This document shows positions 27,442 to 36,984 of a stretch of DNA of 41,050 bases, in pieces. Location: positions 1-41,050 of IMG/VR virus record IMGVR_UViG_3300044229_003513. The stretch is one strand, 5' to 3'. The position numbers were made by a program, and so were the translations under genes. The stretch's first letter is position 1; the number at the start of each line of letters is the position of its first letter. The notes below the pieces were generated by a model. It was not told the DNA's origin. It was given only the letters and a program-made list of their open reading frames with translations, and did no database searches. Source of the DNA: a virus. Lineage: Duplodnaviria > Caudoviricetes.

Positions 27442-27882
27442 ATGTCAGATCCAAAACACCGTAGCTCAAAATATCCACTCAGCACAATGTCTGCGCCTAT
27501 AAAACCCACAGATATCACAATGCATAAGGCTGAGACTCTTAAGGTTACAAATCACTATGTAAAAAAAGAATACGACCGTCTTTATGAGCAAGCAGAAGTT
27601 CTTATGAACCAGTTTAATGATCTTGATAGACGTGTTAAAATAACAGCTATGATCGAAACGGTTCGAAGAAAATTTAAACCTGTACCTGGAAACACATATT
27701 GGCTTTATATGAGAGATCGTGGAGATTTATTTTTAAGCTTAATAGGAAAAGACGATTGGGCAGCTGGAATACCAGGAAAATATGTTGCTCAAGTTGAAAG
27801 ACTGGGTGATAGCACCTGGGAAGTAATACATACACATGAAGACTTTGAGTTATTTTGGGAAAAAATCAAGGGAGACGAATAG
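27442..27882 (+). CDS. DUF2452-like protein
   Basis: YP...API, FKPVPGNTYWLY, LSLIG, W pattern recalled from DUF2452; not verified. Confidence 0.6.
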   Translation: MSDPKHRSSKYPLSTMSAPIKPTDITMHKAETLKVTNHYVKKEYDRLYEQAEVLMNQFNDLDRRVKITAMIETVRRKFKPVPGNTYWLYMRDRGDLFLSLIGKDDWAAGIPGKYVAQVERLGDSTWEVIHTHEDFELFWEKIKGDE

Positions 27883-28809
27883 ATGAGAAGAGCATTAGTC
27901 ACCGGTGCTGCCGGTTTTATAGGATCCAATTTAGTTAGTCGCCTTTTATGCGAAGGTTGGGACGTAACAGGTGTAGACGATCTAAGTTCAGGAAGCCTTG
28001 ACCTGCTTGAAGGCTGCAAAGGCCTGCGCTTAGTCGTAAATGATTTTGCTTGCGATGCCATTCTTGAAGAAATAAAAAACAAAGAGTTTGATGTTGTGTT
28101 TCATCTTGCTGCGATCCCAAGGGTTAGTTACTCTGTCGAGCACCCAGCTAAAACCACGCAAACAAATGTTGCAGGAACTTCTGCGCTGATGGAAGCATGC
28201 CGCGACAATGTCAAAAGGTTTGTGTATTCATCTTCTTCTTCTGTTTACGGTGGTGCAGATGTCCTCCCTACGCCTGTGTCTTATCCAAGAGATCCAAAGT
28301 CACCGTATGCGTGGCAAAAGTCTTCGATTGAAGATCTGCTTAGAATCTTTGGCAACCTGTACGATTTTGACTCTGTGTGCCTGAGGTATTTCAATGTGTT
28401 TGGCCCAAATCAATATGGTGACTCTCCTTACTCCACAGCAATTTCTGCTTGGTGTCACGCAATTAAAAATGGCGGGATTCTAAGAAAAGATGGCTCTGGA
28501 GAACAAAGTCGAGATATGTGCTACGTCGATAACGTTGTTGATGTAAACATTCGTGCAGCAAACCACGAAGGCGCATTTAGAGGCGAGGCTTTCAATGTAG
28601 CATGTGGCGACAGAACGAGTAATAACCAGATTCTTGAAGCGTTTAAAGAGCGGTTCGGTGATTTAGAGATAGAGCAAGCACCATTTCGTCCAGGAGACGT
28701 CATGCACACGCAAGCAGATATATCAGAAACAGAGCGTGTTTTTGGCTATAAGCCCCTTGTTCGCTTTTGGGAAGGTTTAGAGAAAACTTTTGACTGGTGG
28801 GACATTTAA
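27883..28809 (+). CDS. NDP-sugar 4-epimerase (GalE/WbpP-like extended SDR)
   Basis: VTGAAGFIGS, FHLAA, SSSSVYG, SPYAWQK, LRYFNVFGP, GEQSRD, RPGDV. Confidence 0.92.
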   Translation: MRRALVTGAAGFIGSNLVSRLLCEGWDVTGVDDLSSGSLDLLEGCKGLRLVVNDFACDAILEEIKNKEFDVVFHLAAIPRVSYSVEHPAKTTQTNVAGTSALMEACRDNVKRFVYSSSSSVYGGADVLPTPVSYPRDPKSPYAWQKSSIEDLLRIFGNLYDFDSVCLRYFNVFGPNQYGDSPYSTAISAWCHAIKNGGILRKDGSGEQSRDMCYVDNVVDVNIRAANHEGAFRGEAFNVACGDRTSNNQILEAFKERFGDLEIEQAPFRPGDVMHTQADISETERVFGYKPLVRFWEGLEKTFDWWDI

Positions 28810-28831
28810 TAACGCGATCGCAACAAGATAC

Positions 28832-28838
28832 ATATTTA
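28832..28838 (+). promoter_or_regulatory. Candidate late promoter ATATTTA
   Basis: Context ATACATATTTACAGCGC, 19 nt before ATG 28858. Confidence 0.6.
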
Positions 28839-28857
28839 CAGCGCTTGGAGCAGCTTA

Positions 28858-30735
28858 ATGGGTGGAATTGCATTTAAAGACAGCCAGGGAAACTCGTTAG
28901 CCAGCGGAGTTGACAGAAAGTATGTAAAAGACACACTAGATGATCTTTTTGCAAACCACTTAAAAGATGCAGGAATTTCTGGGTACGAGCCGGTCGGCTC
29001 TACAGGAAAGAAATCTATCGCTGGTGATCTTGATATCGCAGTTCAACCAGCTCAGAAAGATAACAAGTTAGCAAAAACTCAGATCTATAGAAATCTTGTT
29101 GGTTCACTAGGCGCTGATAGAGTAAAAGTGATCGGCCCTAATCTCACAGTTCTATACCCTATTAAAGGAGACCCAGAGGACCGAGACGCTCAGGTTGACT
29201 TGATGATTGCCCCAGATCTCGAAAGCGCAGGTTGGTTAATGGCAGGCGTTGGAGACGAAGGCATTAAGGGTATTTTTAGAAATGTAATGCTTGGGCACAT
29301 TGCCGCAGAGCGAAGCAAAGAGCTTGGGACTCATGAGAAGATGACTGTTGCCACACCCGGTGGATTAGGTAGGCTCTCTCTTGACCCTGCACTTGATCCA
29401 GCGTTACCAAAAAACAAGAGAAAGTTTAAACTAGTGGGGCAGAGGATCACCAGCCCGCAGGCAATTTTAGATGGATTAGGCATTCCAAGCAACCCATCAG
29501 AGACAGCTAGTTTCGAGGGTTTGGTAAATGTTATGACTAAAGATCCCGATTTAAAACAAATGCTCTCAACCTTTAAAGATTATTTATCACAAAGAGTGTC
29601 TAATGCACAACACCCGCAGTTTCAAAGAGTGCTAAGTCACGTGGAGTCAGTTATGAGTGAAGCTATGATTAGAAACGCAGTAAGAAAAATGCTAGAAATG
29701 AAGCAGAAACAACTGCAGGAAAAGATTGTAAAGATAGGTGAGGATGAGCTTTACGATCTCACAGATGACAATCTCGAATCTCTGAGAACATTTATACGCA
29801 GTGAGCTAGGTGTAAGTGAATACGACCCTGACGCATCACGTCAATCTTATATTGATTCGATCGATGCGGTCCGCGGTGACACACAATTTTCTGATGCTAT
29901 GAAAGGTTATCCTGATGAGTATAAAAAGCTTGTTTTAGATTATCTCATGTCTGCTGAAGAAGGCCCAGATGAGATTGGCCCAATGCTATTTTCTCTTTCT
30001 GCGGGCAATTCGTCTGCCGTAGATATACCGGCACAGTTTTTAGATATTCTTCACTATAATGAAGGACAGGGTCTCGGCCGTGGTGAGCTTTTAACACCGC
30101 TTCTTTACGATAAGTCTTCTTGGGTTGGTGGTGCTTCCGCTACTCACGACGTAGATATCGGAGATCAGGCTTGGGAAATTAAGCATCACAGATCTTTCAA
30201 CGAACCTTTCGTTTTCGGTGGCGGAGCAAAGTCTTTCTTTAGATCTCCTAATAATCTGGCCGCGGCAATAAAAGCCACTGGGTACGACATAGATCAGCTG
30301 CAAACAATGGGTAGAGACGAAAGTTTGAAGGCAATTGAGGATATCGCTACGAATTACAAACCAAAGATTGACGGCAAGGTCATAGACACTTCTGCAAAGC
30401 TGCTGCACCTGCTTGATCAAATTGCTAGAGAGCACGTTCTGCCCAAGGGAGAGGCTGGGGTTCTTTTGTACCAGTCCAAGTCAGCCGCAGGATCCCCTAC
30501 AAAAACTAGATTTGTTGACAAGGATGATCTTTATTTTTATGCTTTTGGCGGAAGAAAGACAGGTAGATATTTGCTATATGCGCCAGAATCACCAAGTCCA
30601 GCTCGAGAATCTATGGCACCTCCAGTCGTTGATGAAGAAGAACCAGCACAGACAGAAGAACCTGAGCAATCAGAAGAAAACCTGAACGAGTCAGCTCAAA
30701 ACCGCTGGCAGTTAATAGCAGGAATAAAAGAATAA
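28858..30735 (+). CDS. Multidomain protein: Pol-beta-type nucleotidyltransferase plus PD-(D/E)xK-like domain; putative virion cargo
   Basis: VGSTGKK...GDLDIAV...QVDLM; GRGE...HDVD...WEIK; acidic tail ending LNESAQNRWQLIAGIKE. Confidence 0.6.
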   Translation: MGGIAFKDSQGNSLASGVDRKYVKDTLDDLFANHLKDAGISGYEPVGSTGKKSIAGDLDIAVQPAQKDNKLAKTQIYRNLVGSLGADRVKVIGPNLTVLYPIKGDPEDRDAQVDLMIAPDLESAGWLMAGVGDEGIKGIFRNVMLGHIAAERSKELGTHEKMTVATPGGLGRLSLDPALDPALPKNKRKFKLVGQRITSPQAILDGLGIPSNPSETASFEGLVNVMTKDPDLKQMLSTFKDYLSQRVSNAQHPQFQRVLSHVESVMSEAMIRNAVRKMLEMKQKQLQEKIVKIGEDELYDLTDDNLESLRTFIRSELGVSEYDPDASRQSYIDSIDAVRGDTQFSDAMKGYPDEYKKLVLDYLMSAEEGPDEIGPMLFSLSAGNSSAVDIPAQFLDILHYNEGQGLGRGELLTPLLYDKSSWVGGASATHDVDIGDQAWEIKHHRSFNEPFVFGGGAKSFFRSPNNLAAAIKATGYDIDQLQTMGRDESLKAIEDIATNYKPKIDGKVIDTSAKLLHLLDQIAREHVLPKGEAGVLLYQSKSAAGSPTKTRFVDKDDLYFYAFGGRKTGRYLLYAPESPSPARESMAPPVVDEEEPAQTEEPEQSEENLNESAQNRWQLIAGIKE

Positions 30736-30781
30736 AATTTCTTAAAATACGTTATAATCATTTATAGCAAACGGAGAGAGT

Positions 30782-31810
30782 GTGAAGATCCTCGAAACCC
30801 TGTCTTATGACGACGTATTATTAGTTCCACAGTATAGTGATATTAGATCACGCGCAGAATGCGATACATCAGTAAAGCTAGGCCCAGGAGTTGAACTATC
30901 GATTCCAGTCATTTCTTCTTGTATGGATACGGTAACAGAAGATGTGATGGCTGCCGCAATGAGCTTGATGGGCGGATTAGGTGTTATTCACAGGTATAAT
31001 TCACCTCAAGAACAATCTGAGTTGGTCCAGAACGCTGTCAAATTAGTAGATCATTCCGCGCCTATAGCTGCTGCGATTGGAGTCACTGATGACTTTATGG
31101 AAAGAGCAGAGCTTTTGGCTAACTCTGGTGTTTCTGCGCTTTGTGTTGATGTGGCGCACGGCCATCACATACTAGTCAAAGACGCGCTTAATAAACTCAG
31201 GTCAGCACTTGGAGACGGTTTGTGTATTATTGCGGGAAATGTTGCAACACTACAAGGAATAAATGACCTTTCAGATTGGGGCGCAAATGCCGTCAGGTGC
31301 AACATTGGGGGAGGATCAATCTGCAGTACACGAATTCAAACCGGTCATGGCGTGCCAGGCCTCCAGACAATCTTTGATTGCGCTCAAACTGATCGAGACG
31401 TTAAAATTATTGCTGACGGAGGAATTAAGAATAGTGGCGACGCCGTAAAGGCTCTAGCTGCAGGTGCGGACTGCGTTATGTTGGGCTCGATGCTTTCTGG
31501 GACAGATGAATCTCCAGGAGATATCATTTATAATGACGGCCAAAAGAGAAAAGCTTATCGAGGCATGGCAAGCCCTGAAGCGCAGTTTGATTGGCGTGGC
31601 AGAGCTAGCTCTCTTGAAGGTATTTCAACCACTGTTCCTTATAAAGGCAGCGTAAGAGACATAATTAATATATTGATGCAAGGCATAAGAAGCGGCTTTT
31701 CATATTCAGGAAGCAGAAATTTAAGTGAATTGCACACAAAAGCAAGGTTTATAAAACAGACCGGAGCAGGAGCAGCAGAAAGTGGGACCCATATTCTCTC
31801 AGCTAACTAA
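30782..31810 (+). CDS. guaB: IMP dehydrogenase / GMP reductase family, no CBS domain
   Basis: [36 protein letters not shown] (catalytic Cys), ADGGI, YRGMAS. Confidence 0.88.
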   Translation: MKILETLSYDDVLLVPQYSDIRSRAECDTSVKLGPGVELSIPVISSCMDTVTEDVMAAAMSLMGGLGVIHRYNSPQEQSELVQNAVKLVDHSAPIAAAIGVTDDFMERAELLANSGVSALCVDVAHGHHILVKDALNKLRSALGDGLCIIAGNVATLQGINDLSDWGANAVRCNIGGGSICSTRIQTGHGVPGLQTIFDCAQTDRDVKIIADGGIKNSGDAVKALAAGADCVMLGSMLSGTDESPGDIIYNDGQKRKAYRGMASPEAQFDWRGRASSLEGISTTVPYKGSVRDIINILMQGIRSGFSYSGSRNLSELHTKARFIKQTGAGAAESGTHILSAN

Positions 31811-31889
31811 GATTTTGCAAGGCGTGATAAATAGCTTTGTCGCAAATGAAATGAAGGAAGCTTCTTGCGAGAACAACGAAGGTAAAGTT

Positions 31890-32480
31890 ATGAATTGCAG
31901 TAACAGGTACATGTGGATTATTGATCACGGTCACGGTGAATCTACGCCAGGCAAAAGATCTCCTCTCTTTGAAGATGGAGCACAGCTTAGAGAGTACATT
32001 TTTAACAGGAATGTTTCTAAGCACTTAATGAGAATGCTAGACGAAGTTGAAGTTTGCTATCACAATTTAGTGCCTGAAGTTGAAAACGATGTTAAGCTTT
32101 CTGAAAGAGTTAGAAGGGCTAACAAGCTAGAATCAGACATGCCTAGAGTTCTCATATCAATTCACGGAAATGCTTTTGGTACTGATTGGACCAGCCCATC
32201 AGGTATCGAAACTTACCATTGCAAAGGTAGTAAAAAAGGCGAAAGTATTGCTCAAATCTTTCAAAATAAACTAGCTATGCAAACTGGCTGGAAAGATCGC
32301 GGCGTAAAGACTGCTGGATTTTATATATTGAAGCATACCAGCATGCCTGCCATCTTAACAGAAAACGGATTTTTTACAAACAAAGCAGAGTGCAAGAAAA
32401 TGATGACAAATGAATGGTGTGAAAAAATTGCTACAGCTCACTTTGATGCTATCATGGAGATTGAGAGAGAAGGACTATGA
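31890..32480 (+). CDS. N-acetylmuramoyl-L-alanine amidase (Amidase_3), putative endolysin
   Basis: IDHGHG, E, LSERVRRAN, ISIHGNA, PAILTENGF. Start uncertain (31851, 31890 or 31911). Confidence 0.88.
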   Translation: MNCSNRYMWIIDHGHGESTPGKRSPLFEDGAQLREYIFNRNVSKHLMRMLDEVEVCYHNLVPEVENDVKLSERVRRANKLESDMPRVLISIHGNAFGTDWTSPSGIETYHCKGSKKGESIAQIFQNKLAMQTGWKDRGVKTAGFYILKHTSMPAILTENGFFTNKAECKKMMTNEWCEKIATAHFDAIMEIEREGL

Positions 32481-32680
32481 TAAAAGCTAATGACTTAAAA
32501 AAATTCAAAAAAGCGATAGAAGAGGCAATCAGAGATCTTCCTCGTGACATTAACATGGGAGCATCTTCAGCGCGAGGCTATGCCCGTGATAAGATTTATG
32601 ACAGGCTTATGGATGAGTTTCATGTAAGAGATCTTAAGAATAACGATGTTCCACCTCTTGAGATTGAAATGAGCATGTAA
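32477..32680 (+). CDS. Hypothetical protein
   Basis: ATGA overlap with the amidase, AAGGA SD. Confidence 0.6.
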   Translation: MIKANDLKKFKKAIEEAIRDLPRDINMGASSARGYARDKIYDRLMDEFHVRDLKNNDVPPLEIEMSM

Positions 32681-32866
32681 ATGAGGCGGCGTCATAGGCG
32701 CATTCTACTAAACAACGACATTTACAAGATTATAATGAAAGTGTTTAGCCGAAAAGGTAGGTTCTGGCTGGTGCGAACGCCTTGCTTAAAGAGATTTTTG
32801 GCACATGAGATTGCTAACGCAGTTGCTAAGAGGTGTGAAGAGGAAATAGATAGTGAGACATCCTGA
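32681..32866 (+). CDS. Small basic hypothetical protein
   Basis: Abuts both neighbours. Confidence 0.5.
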   Translation: MRRRHRRILLNNDIYKIIMKVFSRKGRFWLVRTPCLKRFLAHEIANAVAKRCEEEIDSETS

Positions 32867-33425
32867 GTTTATCATATTCACTGGGCCTATGTTTGGATCT
32901 AAGACCACACGACTCATGGCAGTCGTTGATAGGTTCAAGTATCAAAACAGAAAAGTTTTAGCTTTTAAGCCTAAGATGGACGACAGGTACGATCAAGCTG
33001 ACATTGTAACACACAATGGTGGAAAGATAACTGCCAACACCATACATGATGCCGCTGAGATAATCATGCACTTAGCAGAGTCAGAAGATAATTACGATGT
33101 TGTAGCAGTAGATGAAGCATTTATGATTAGCGGCATTGCTGACGTGCTTATTTGGCTTTATCAGAGAGGAATAACTGTTGTGGTTTCTTCTTTAGACATG
33201 TCAGCAACTTGTAACCCTTTTGATGAGCTTCAAAAGATGATGCCCTGGGCAACAAAAATTGAGAAATGCCCAGCAGTTTGTCCTGTCTGCGGTAGAGACG
33301 CTTACTATACTTATAAGAAGAACAACGACGGCATCGAAATTGCAGTGGGCGGATCAGAGCTTTATGAGCCAAGATGTTTTGATCACCACCCACTTATGAA
33401 CAAGAGAGAGTACAATGATACCTAA
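32853..33425 (+). CDS. tdk: Thymidine kinase (type II)
   Basis: GPMFGSKTT, VDEAF, CPVC, VGGSELYEPRC. Confidence 0.92.
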   Translation: MRHPEFIIFTGPMFGSKTTRLMAVVDRFKYQNRKVLAFKPKMDDRYDQADIVTHNGGKITANTIHDAAEIIMHLAESEDNYDVVAVDEAFMISGIADVLIWLYQRGITVVVSSLDMSATCNPFDELQKMMPWATKIEKCPAVCPVCGRDAYYTYKKNNDGIEIAVGGSELYEPRCFDHHPLMNKREYNDT

Positions 33426-34272
33426 CCCTAGAGACGTGGATCTTGTAATTTATCACAAGAACTGCACAGATGGATTTGGTTCTGCTTACGCTGCTTGGCG
33501 TCTTTTAGGCAATAGAGCTGAGTATATTGCTTGTGCTCATGGAGAAATACCTCCCGATGTCAAAGGAAAGAAAGTTGCTATTTGCGACTTTTCCTTCAAG
33601 AACGCTGTAACAAAGAAAATGATCGAAGAAGCAGACGCACTTGTCGTGCTTGATCACCACAAATCAGCAATGGTCGAGCTGCATGATATCCCAGATGCAA
33701 TTTTCAATATGGAGAAATCAGGCGCTGTGATTACATGGGAATTTTTTCATCCTGGAAAAGAAGTTCCAAAGTTTATTCAGTACATTGAAGACAGAGATTT
33801 GTGGAAATGGGATCTTCCTTATTCAAAGGAATTTGCAGCTGCTTTTGATATGGTGCCTTTTGAGTTTGAAGAGTTTGAGAAGTTTGAAGATGACTCTGTG
33901 TTTGATGACGCAGTTAAAAGAGGCAGCTACATTCTTGCCTACTCAAAAACAGTTGTTAAAAAGATTGCAGATAAAGCGATTCCAAGAAAGCTTGCAGGTC
34001 ACGAAGCACTTGTTGTTAATGCCTCTCACTGGATGTCGGAGATAGGTAATGCTCTATCGCCTCATTGTGACCTTGCACTTATTTGGTTTCACGATCACGA
34101 AGAGAAGAAAATTCGTGTAAGCTTAAGAGCTTTCCACGATAACATAGACGCGTCAGAGATTGCCAAACAATTCGGCGGCGGAGGCCATAAGTCTGCTGCT
34201 GGATTTACATGGGAAAAAAATATTGAGGATTTATTCGATAAGCCAAAGAAAAAATCGAAAAAGTCTACTTAA
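33415..34272 (+). CDS. DHH/DHHA1 phosphoesterase (NrnB/nanoRNase-like)
   Basis: YHKNCTDGFGSA, CDFS, LDHH, EDRDLW, SLR, GGGGH. Confidence 0.88.
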   Translation: MIPNPRDVDLVIYHKNCTDGFGSAYAAWRLLGNRAEYIACAHGEIPPDVKGKKVAICDFSFKNAVTKKMIEEADALVVLDHHKSAMVELHDIPDAIFNMEKSGAVITWEFFHPGKEVPKFIQYIEDRDLWKWDLPYSKEFAAAFDMVPFEFEEFEKFEDDSVFDDAVKRGSYILAYSKTVVKKIADKAIPRKLAGHEALVVNASHWMSEIGNALSPHCDLALIWFHDHEEKKIRVSLRAFHDNIDASEIAKQFGGGGHKSAAGFTWEKNIEDLFDKPKKKSKKST

Positions 34273-34286
34273 AAAAGCAAAGATGA

Positions 34287-34832
34287 ATGAAAGGGAATTT
34301 TATGAAGTATTTATTGATGTTTAGTTTGATGATGTTACCTGCTGTATCACAAGCAGAAGAGCAACGGATCGGTTTCGTTGCTGGATCAACTTATGGTGTA
34401 GGTTTAGGCTACAGCAAGCAGCACAAGGACGGTACCGGCTGGCAAGTTTCAGCCCTGCCCATTGTTGAAGATGACTTTGACTCCACTGTCTTTCTTGGCG
34501 GAACTTACTTTAAGACACTTAACTCTACTACTTGGGGTCGTGCTTACTGGTCACTCGGCGTCGCTGCGTTCTACAGCCGCAACACCGATGAGCGGTTTGA
34601 GTGGGTTTGTGATGAACCTAATGTGAATTGCAGAGATATTAGCCTGGGATCAACGCTGGACGAAGGTGTTGTACTTTCTTTCGGGCCGGGTGTAGGCTTG
34701 GAGCGCCGCTGGAAGCAGTTTGCGCTGTCTCTGGAGCTTCCCCTTGCCGTTCAGGTTGGCTATGCTGAGCATAAGCCACGTTTCTTCGGTATACATCCTA
34801 TTCCTAACTTTTCACTGATGTATTTCTGGTAA
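34287..34832 (+). CDS. Exported small outer-membrane beta-barrel-like protein
   Basis: Signal peptide ending SQA; alternating amphipathic strands; C-terminal aromatic FSLMYFW. Start may be 34302. Confidence 0.6.
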   Translation: MKGNFMKYLLMFSLMMLPAVSQAEEQRIGFVAGSTYGVGLGYSKQHKDGTGWQVSALPIVEDDFDSTVFLGGTYFKTLNSTTWGRAYWSLGVAAFYSRNTDERFEWVCDEPNVNCRDISLGSTLDEGVVLSFGPGVGLERRWKQFALSLELPLAVQVGYAEHKPRFFGIHPIPNFSLMYFW

Positions 34833-34833
34833 G

Positions 34834-35325
34834 ATGTCAAAGTTTCCTGATGATCCAAATTGTTATGACTGCGGGTGCGATAGCAAGCCTGCGTGTCCAG
34901 GCTATCAGGAGGATGGCCGTCCCGAGTGGGATAATGTATGGATGAAGGTTGCTCACAACGTGGCTGAACGATCTTATGATCCTAGGCACAAAGTGGGTGC
35001 CATTATCGTTACTGAGGATAACACGCAACTGCTTTCTTTAGGTTACAACGGCAACTATAAAGGCGGCCCAAACAAAGCTGAATCAGAGCATCCTGGTGAA
35101 TCTGGTTTTATACATGCAGAGCAGAACGCTCTTATCAAGCTAGATTACAACAATCCAAAAGTAAAAAAGATGTATATTACTTTAAGCCCTTGTGCTCATT
35201 GTGCTAAAATGATTGTTAATTCTAACATCGAAGAAGTGATATACGATCAAGAGTATAGAGACCCTCGCGGTCTAGATATTCTTCGAGAAGCAGGAGTAAA
35301 GGTAAGGCAGTACAGTGCATCATAA
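34834..35325 (+). CDS. dCMP deaminase
   Basis: VGAII, GYNG, HAEQNA, SPCAHC. Confidence 0.92.
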   Translation: MSKFPDDPNCYDCGCDSKPACPGYQEDGRPEWDNVWMKVAHNVAERSYDPRHKVGAIIVTEDNTQLLSLGYNGNYKGGPNKAESEHPGESGFIHAEQNALIKLDYNNPKVKKMYITLSPCAHCAKMIVNSNIEEVIYDQEYRDPRGLDILREAGVKVRQYSAS

Positions 35326-35346
35326 TGAAAATGCTGTTTTTGCTGA

Positions 35347-35353
35347 ATATTTA
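35347..35353 (+). promoter_or_regulatory. Candidate late promoter ATATTTA
   Basis: Intergenic, before GGAG SD and GTG 35375. Confidence 0.6.
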
Positions 35354-35374
35354 TACGCAGACTGGAGTGTTAAT

Positions 35375-35680
35375 GTGAATAATAAACTTACAAAGCAGAG
35401 ACTTCTCCAGATTATCGAAGAGGAAAAAAGCAAGCTATCTCAAGAAGATGAGTGCAAAGCGAACAAGGTACCTCTAAAGATAGATTTAAAATCAATTTCT
35501 CCTGGCTTAAAAGTGTGTGATAAGAAGTCTGGATTGGTTTACACCGTCAGCGCTGTAAACTTAAAAGATGTTTCTGAGGCAGATAATCAAACTGAAAAAG
35601 GTGTATCTTTAAAAACACCAACAGGTCAGATCTTCCACGTCAGCGAGAAAGAATTTAAGAAGAACTATAAGGTAGAGTAG
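35375..35680 (+). CDS. Hypothetical protein with N-terminal tag (putative virion protein)
   Basis: GGAG SD before GTG 35375; MNNKLTKQRLLQIIEEE; ATATTTA upstream. Confidence 0.65.
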   Translation: MNNKLTKQRLLQIIEEEKSKLSQEDECKANKVPLKIDLKSISPGLKVCDKKSGLVYTVSAVNLKDVSEADNQTEKGVSLKTPTGQIFHVSEKEFKKNYKVE

Positions 35681-35684
35681 TGAT

Positions 35685-36377
35685 ATGAAAAAGAATGAAG
35701 TTGCTGAATTGATTAAAGATACACTTGAGATCGAAACTGCAGAAGATAGTAAAGATTTAAACGAAGCGCTCGTCGCTCAAACAAAGACTTATGCTATGTC
35801 AACTGAAGCACTTTCTCAGGCAAATAAAAAGAATCATTACGAGCTTTACGAGCAGTACGTCAAGGATTTCAACAGAATCAGTGCTGAACTTGATGCAGTC
35901 TCACGTGCAAACGCTAGTGGCAACCATTCACTATTCAGATCGTTGAAGATTGACGAAACTTACAATTTAAACGCAGTTTATTTGCACGAACTGTATTTTG
36001 CTAATATTGGCGATCTTCAAAGTGAAATAACTATGGATACGCTTGCCTTCATGAGGCTAGAAAGAGACTTTGGATCTTTTGACCAGTGGCAAATGGATTT
36101 TCTTGCTTGCGCACAAGCTTCTCGTTGTGGATGGGTAGTCACAGGCTATAACATCTTCACTCAAACTTATATGAATTACGTGATGGATTTGCATAGCTTG
36201 CAATCTCCTGTAGGCGTCATACCTGTTATTGTGCTGGATGTTTGGCAGCACGCTTATTATAAAGACTATCTTAAAGATGTTTCTGAGTACGCACAAAACA
36301 TGATGCGTGAATTAAATTGGAACGTTATTGAAAGTCGCTTCGAGCGCGCAGAAAAAGTTGCGCAGGTTCTCAAATAG
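35685..36377 (+). CDS. Fe/Mn superoxide dismutase-like protein
   Basis: HYELY, LHELYF, FGSFD, GW, LDVWQHAYY; metal ligands H/H/D/H retained. Confidence 0.85.
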   Translation: MKKNEVAELIKDTLEIETAEDSKDLNEALVAQTKTYAMSTEALSQANKKNHYELYEQYVKDFNRISAELDAVSRANASGNHSLFRSLKIDETYNLNAVYLHELYFANIGDLQSEITMDTLAFMRLERDFGSFDQWQMDFLACAQASRCGWVVTGYNIFTQTYMNYVMDLHSLQSPVGVIPVIVLDVWQHAYYKDYLKDVSEYAQNMMRELNWNVIESRFERAEKVAQVLK

Positions 36378-36387
36378 GAGATTACCA

Positions 36388-36984
36388 ATGGAAGAAATGA
36401 TTAAAAATATCATACTTGAGATTATGCAGACCCTTAATGAGCAAGATGACAACGATGAGAAGGGTTTACCTGACTCTCTTGACGCTCAAATCGACGCCCT
36501 TCTAATAAAGTACGATACAGTTGCCGCAGACAGTGCTGACCAAGGTGATCTGAGTGAAGCTAATTTCCCGCAGTCTCTTTCTTTCTTGCTCGAGCAAGCT
36601 GAAGAACCTGAAGCTGCACCAGGACCTGATCAAGTGCTTGACCAGGAGGATGAGCCTGAAGCCGAAGAAGCACCTGAAGAAGCCCCAGAAGAAGATCTTC
36701 CTGAGTCAAAGCCTAAACTGGACGTTCAAATGTTTACAGAGAGAGTTGCCAGATTAGCTTCTATGCCTGATAGAATCTTAGATATTGTAACAGTAATTCT
36801 TGTGAGAGCAGAAAACTACGTTAGAGAAAACTACGATGATGCAACGGCTGATGAAATGAAAGAGCTTCTTTACACTGAACATAGGCTTGAGTTACCCGAA
36901 GATGCTGTCGAGAGAGTTCTTGACACAGATGTCCCACCTCCAGCTGCGCAAGGCGCTGGACCCGGTGGAGGATCGGCGGCCTGA
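36388..36984 (+). CDS. Acidic hypothetical protein (putative head/scaffold-type)
   Basis: AGGAG SD before ATG 36388; E/P/A-rich linker; LNEQ, LSEA and LLEQ sites. Confidence 0.65.
   Translation: MEEMIKNIILEIMQTLNEQDDNDEKGLPDSLDAQIDALLIKYDTVAADSADQGDLSEANFPQSLSFLLEQAEEPEAAPGPDQVLDQEDEPEAEEAPEEAPEEDLPESKPKLDVQMFTERVARLASMPDRILDIVTVILVRAENYVRENYDDATADEMKELLYTEHRLELPEDAVERVLDTDVPPPAAQGAGPGGGSAA

Noticed and set aside
31827-31833. ATAAATA (T4-like late box) upstream of the amidase
   Set aside because: Single occurrence at a gene start and differs from the recurrent motif; insufficient support.
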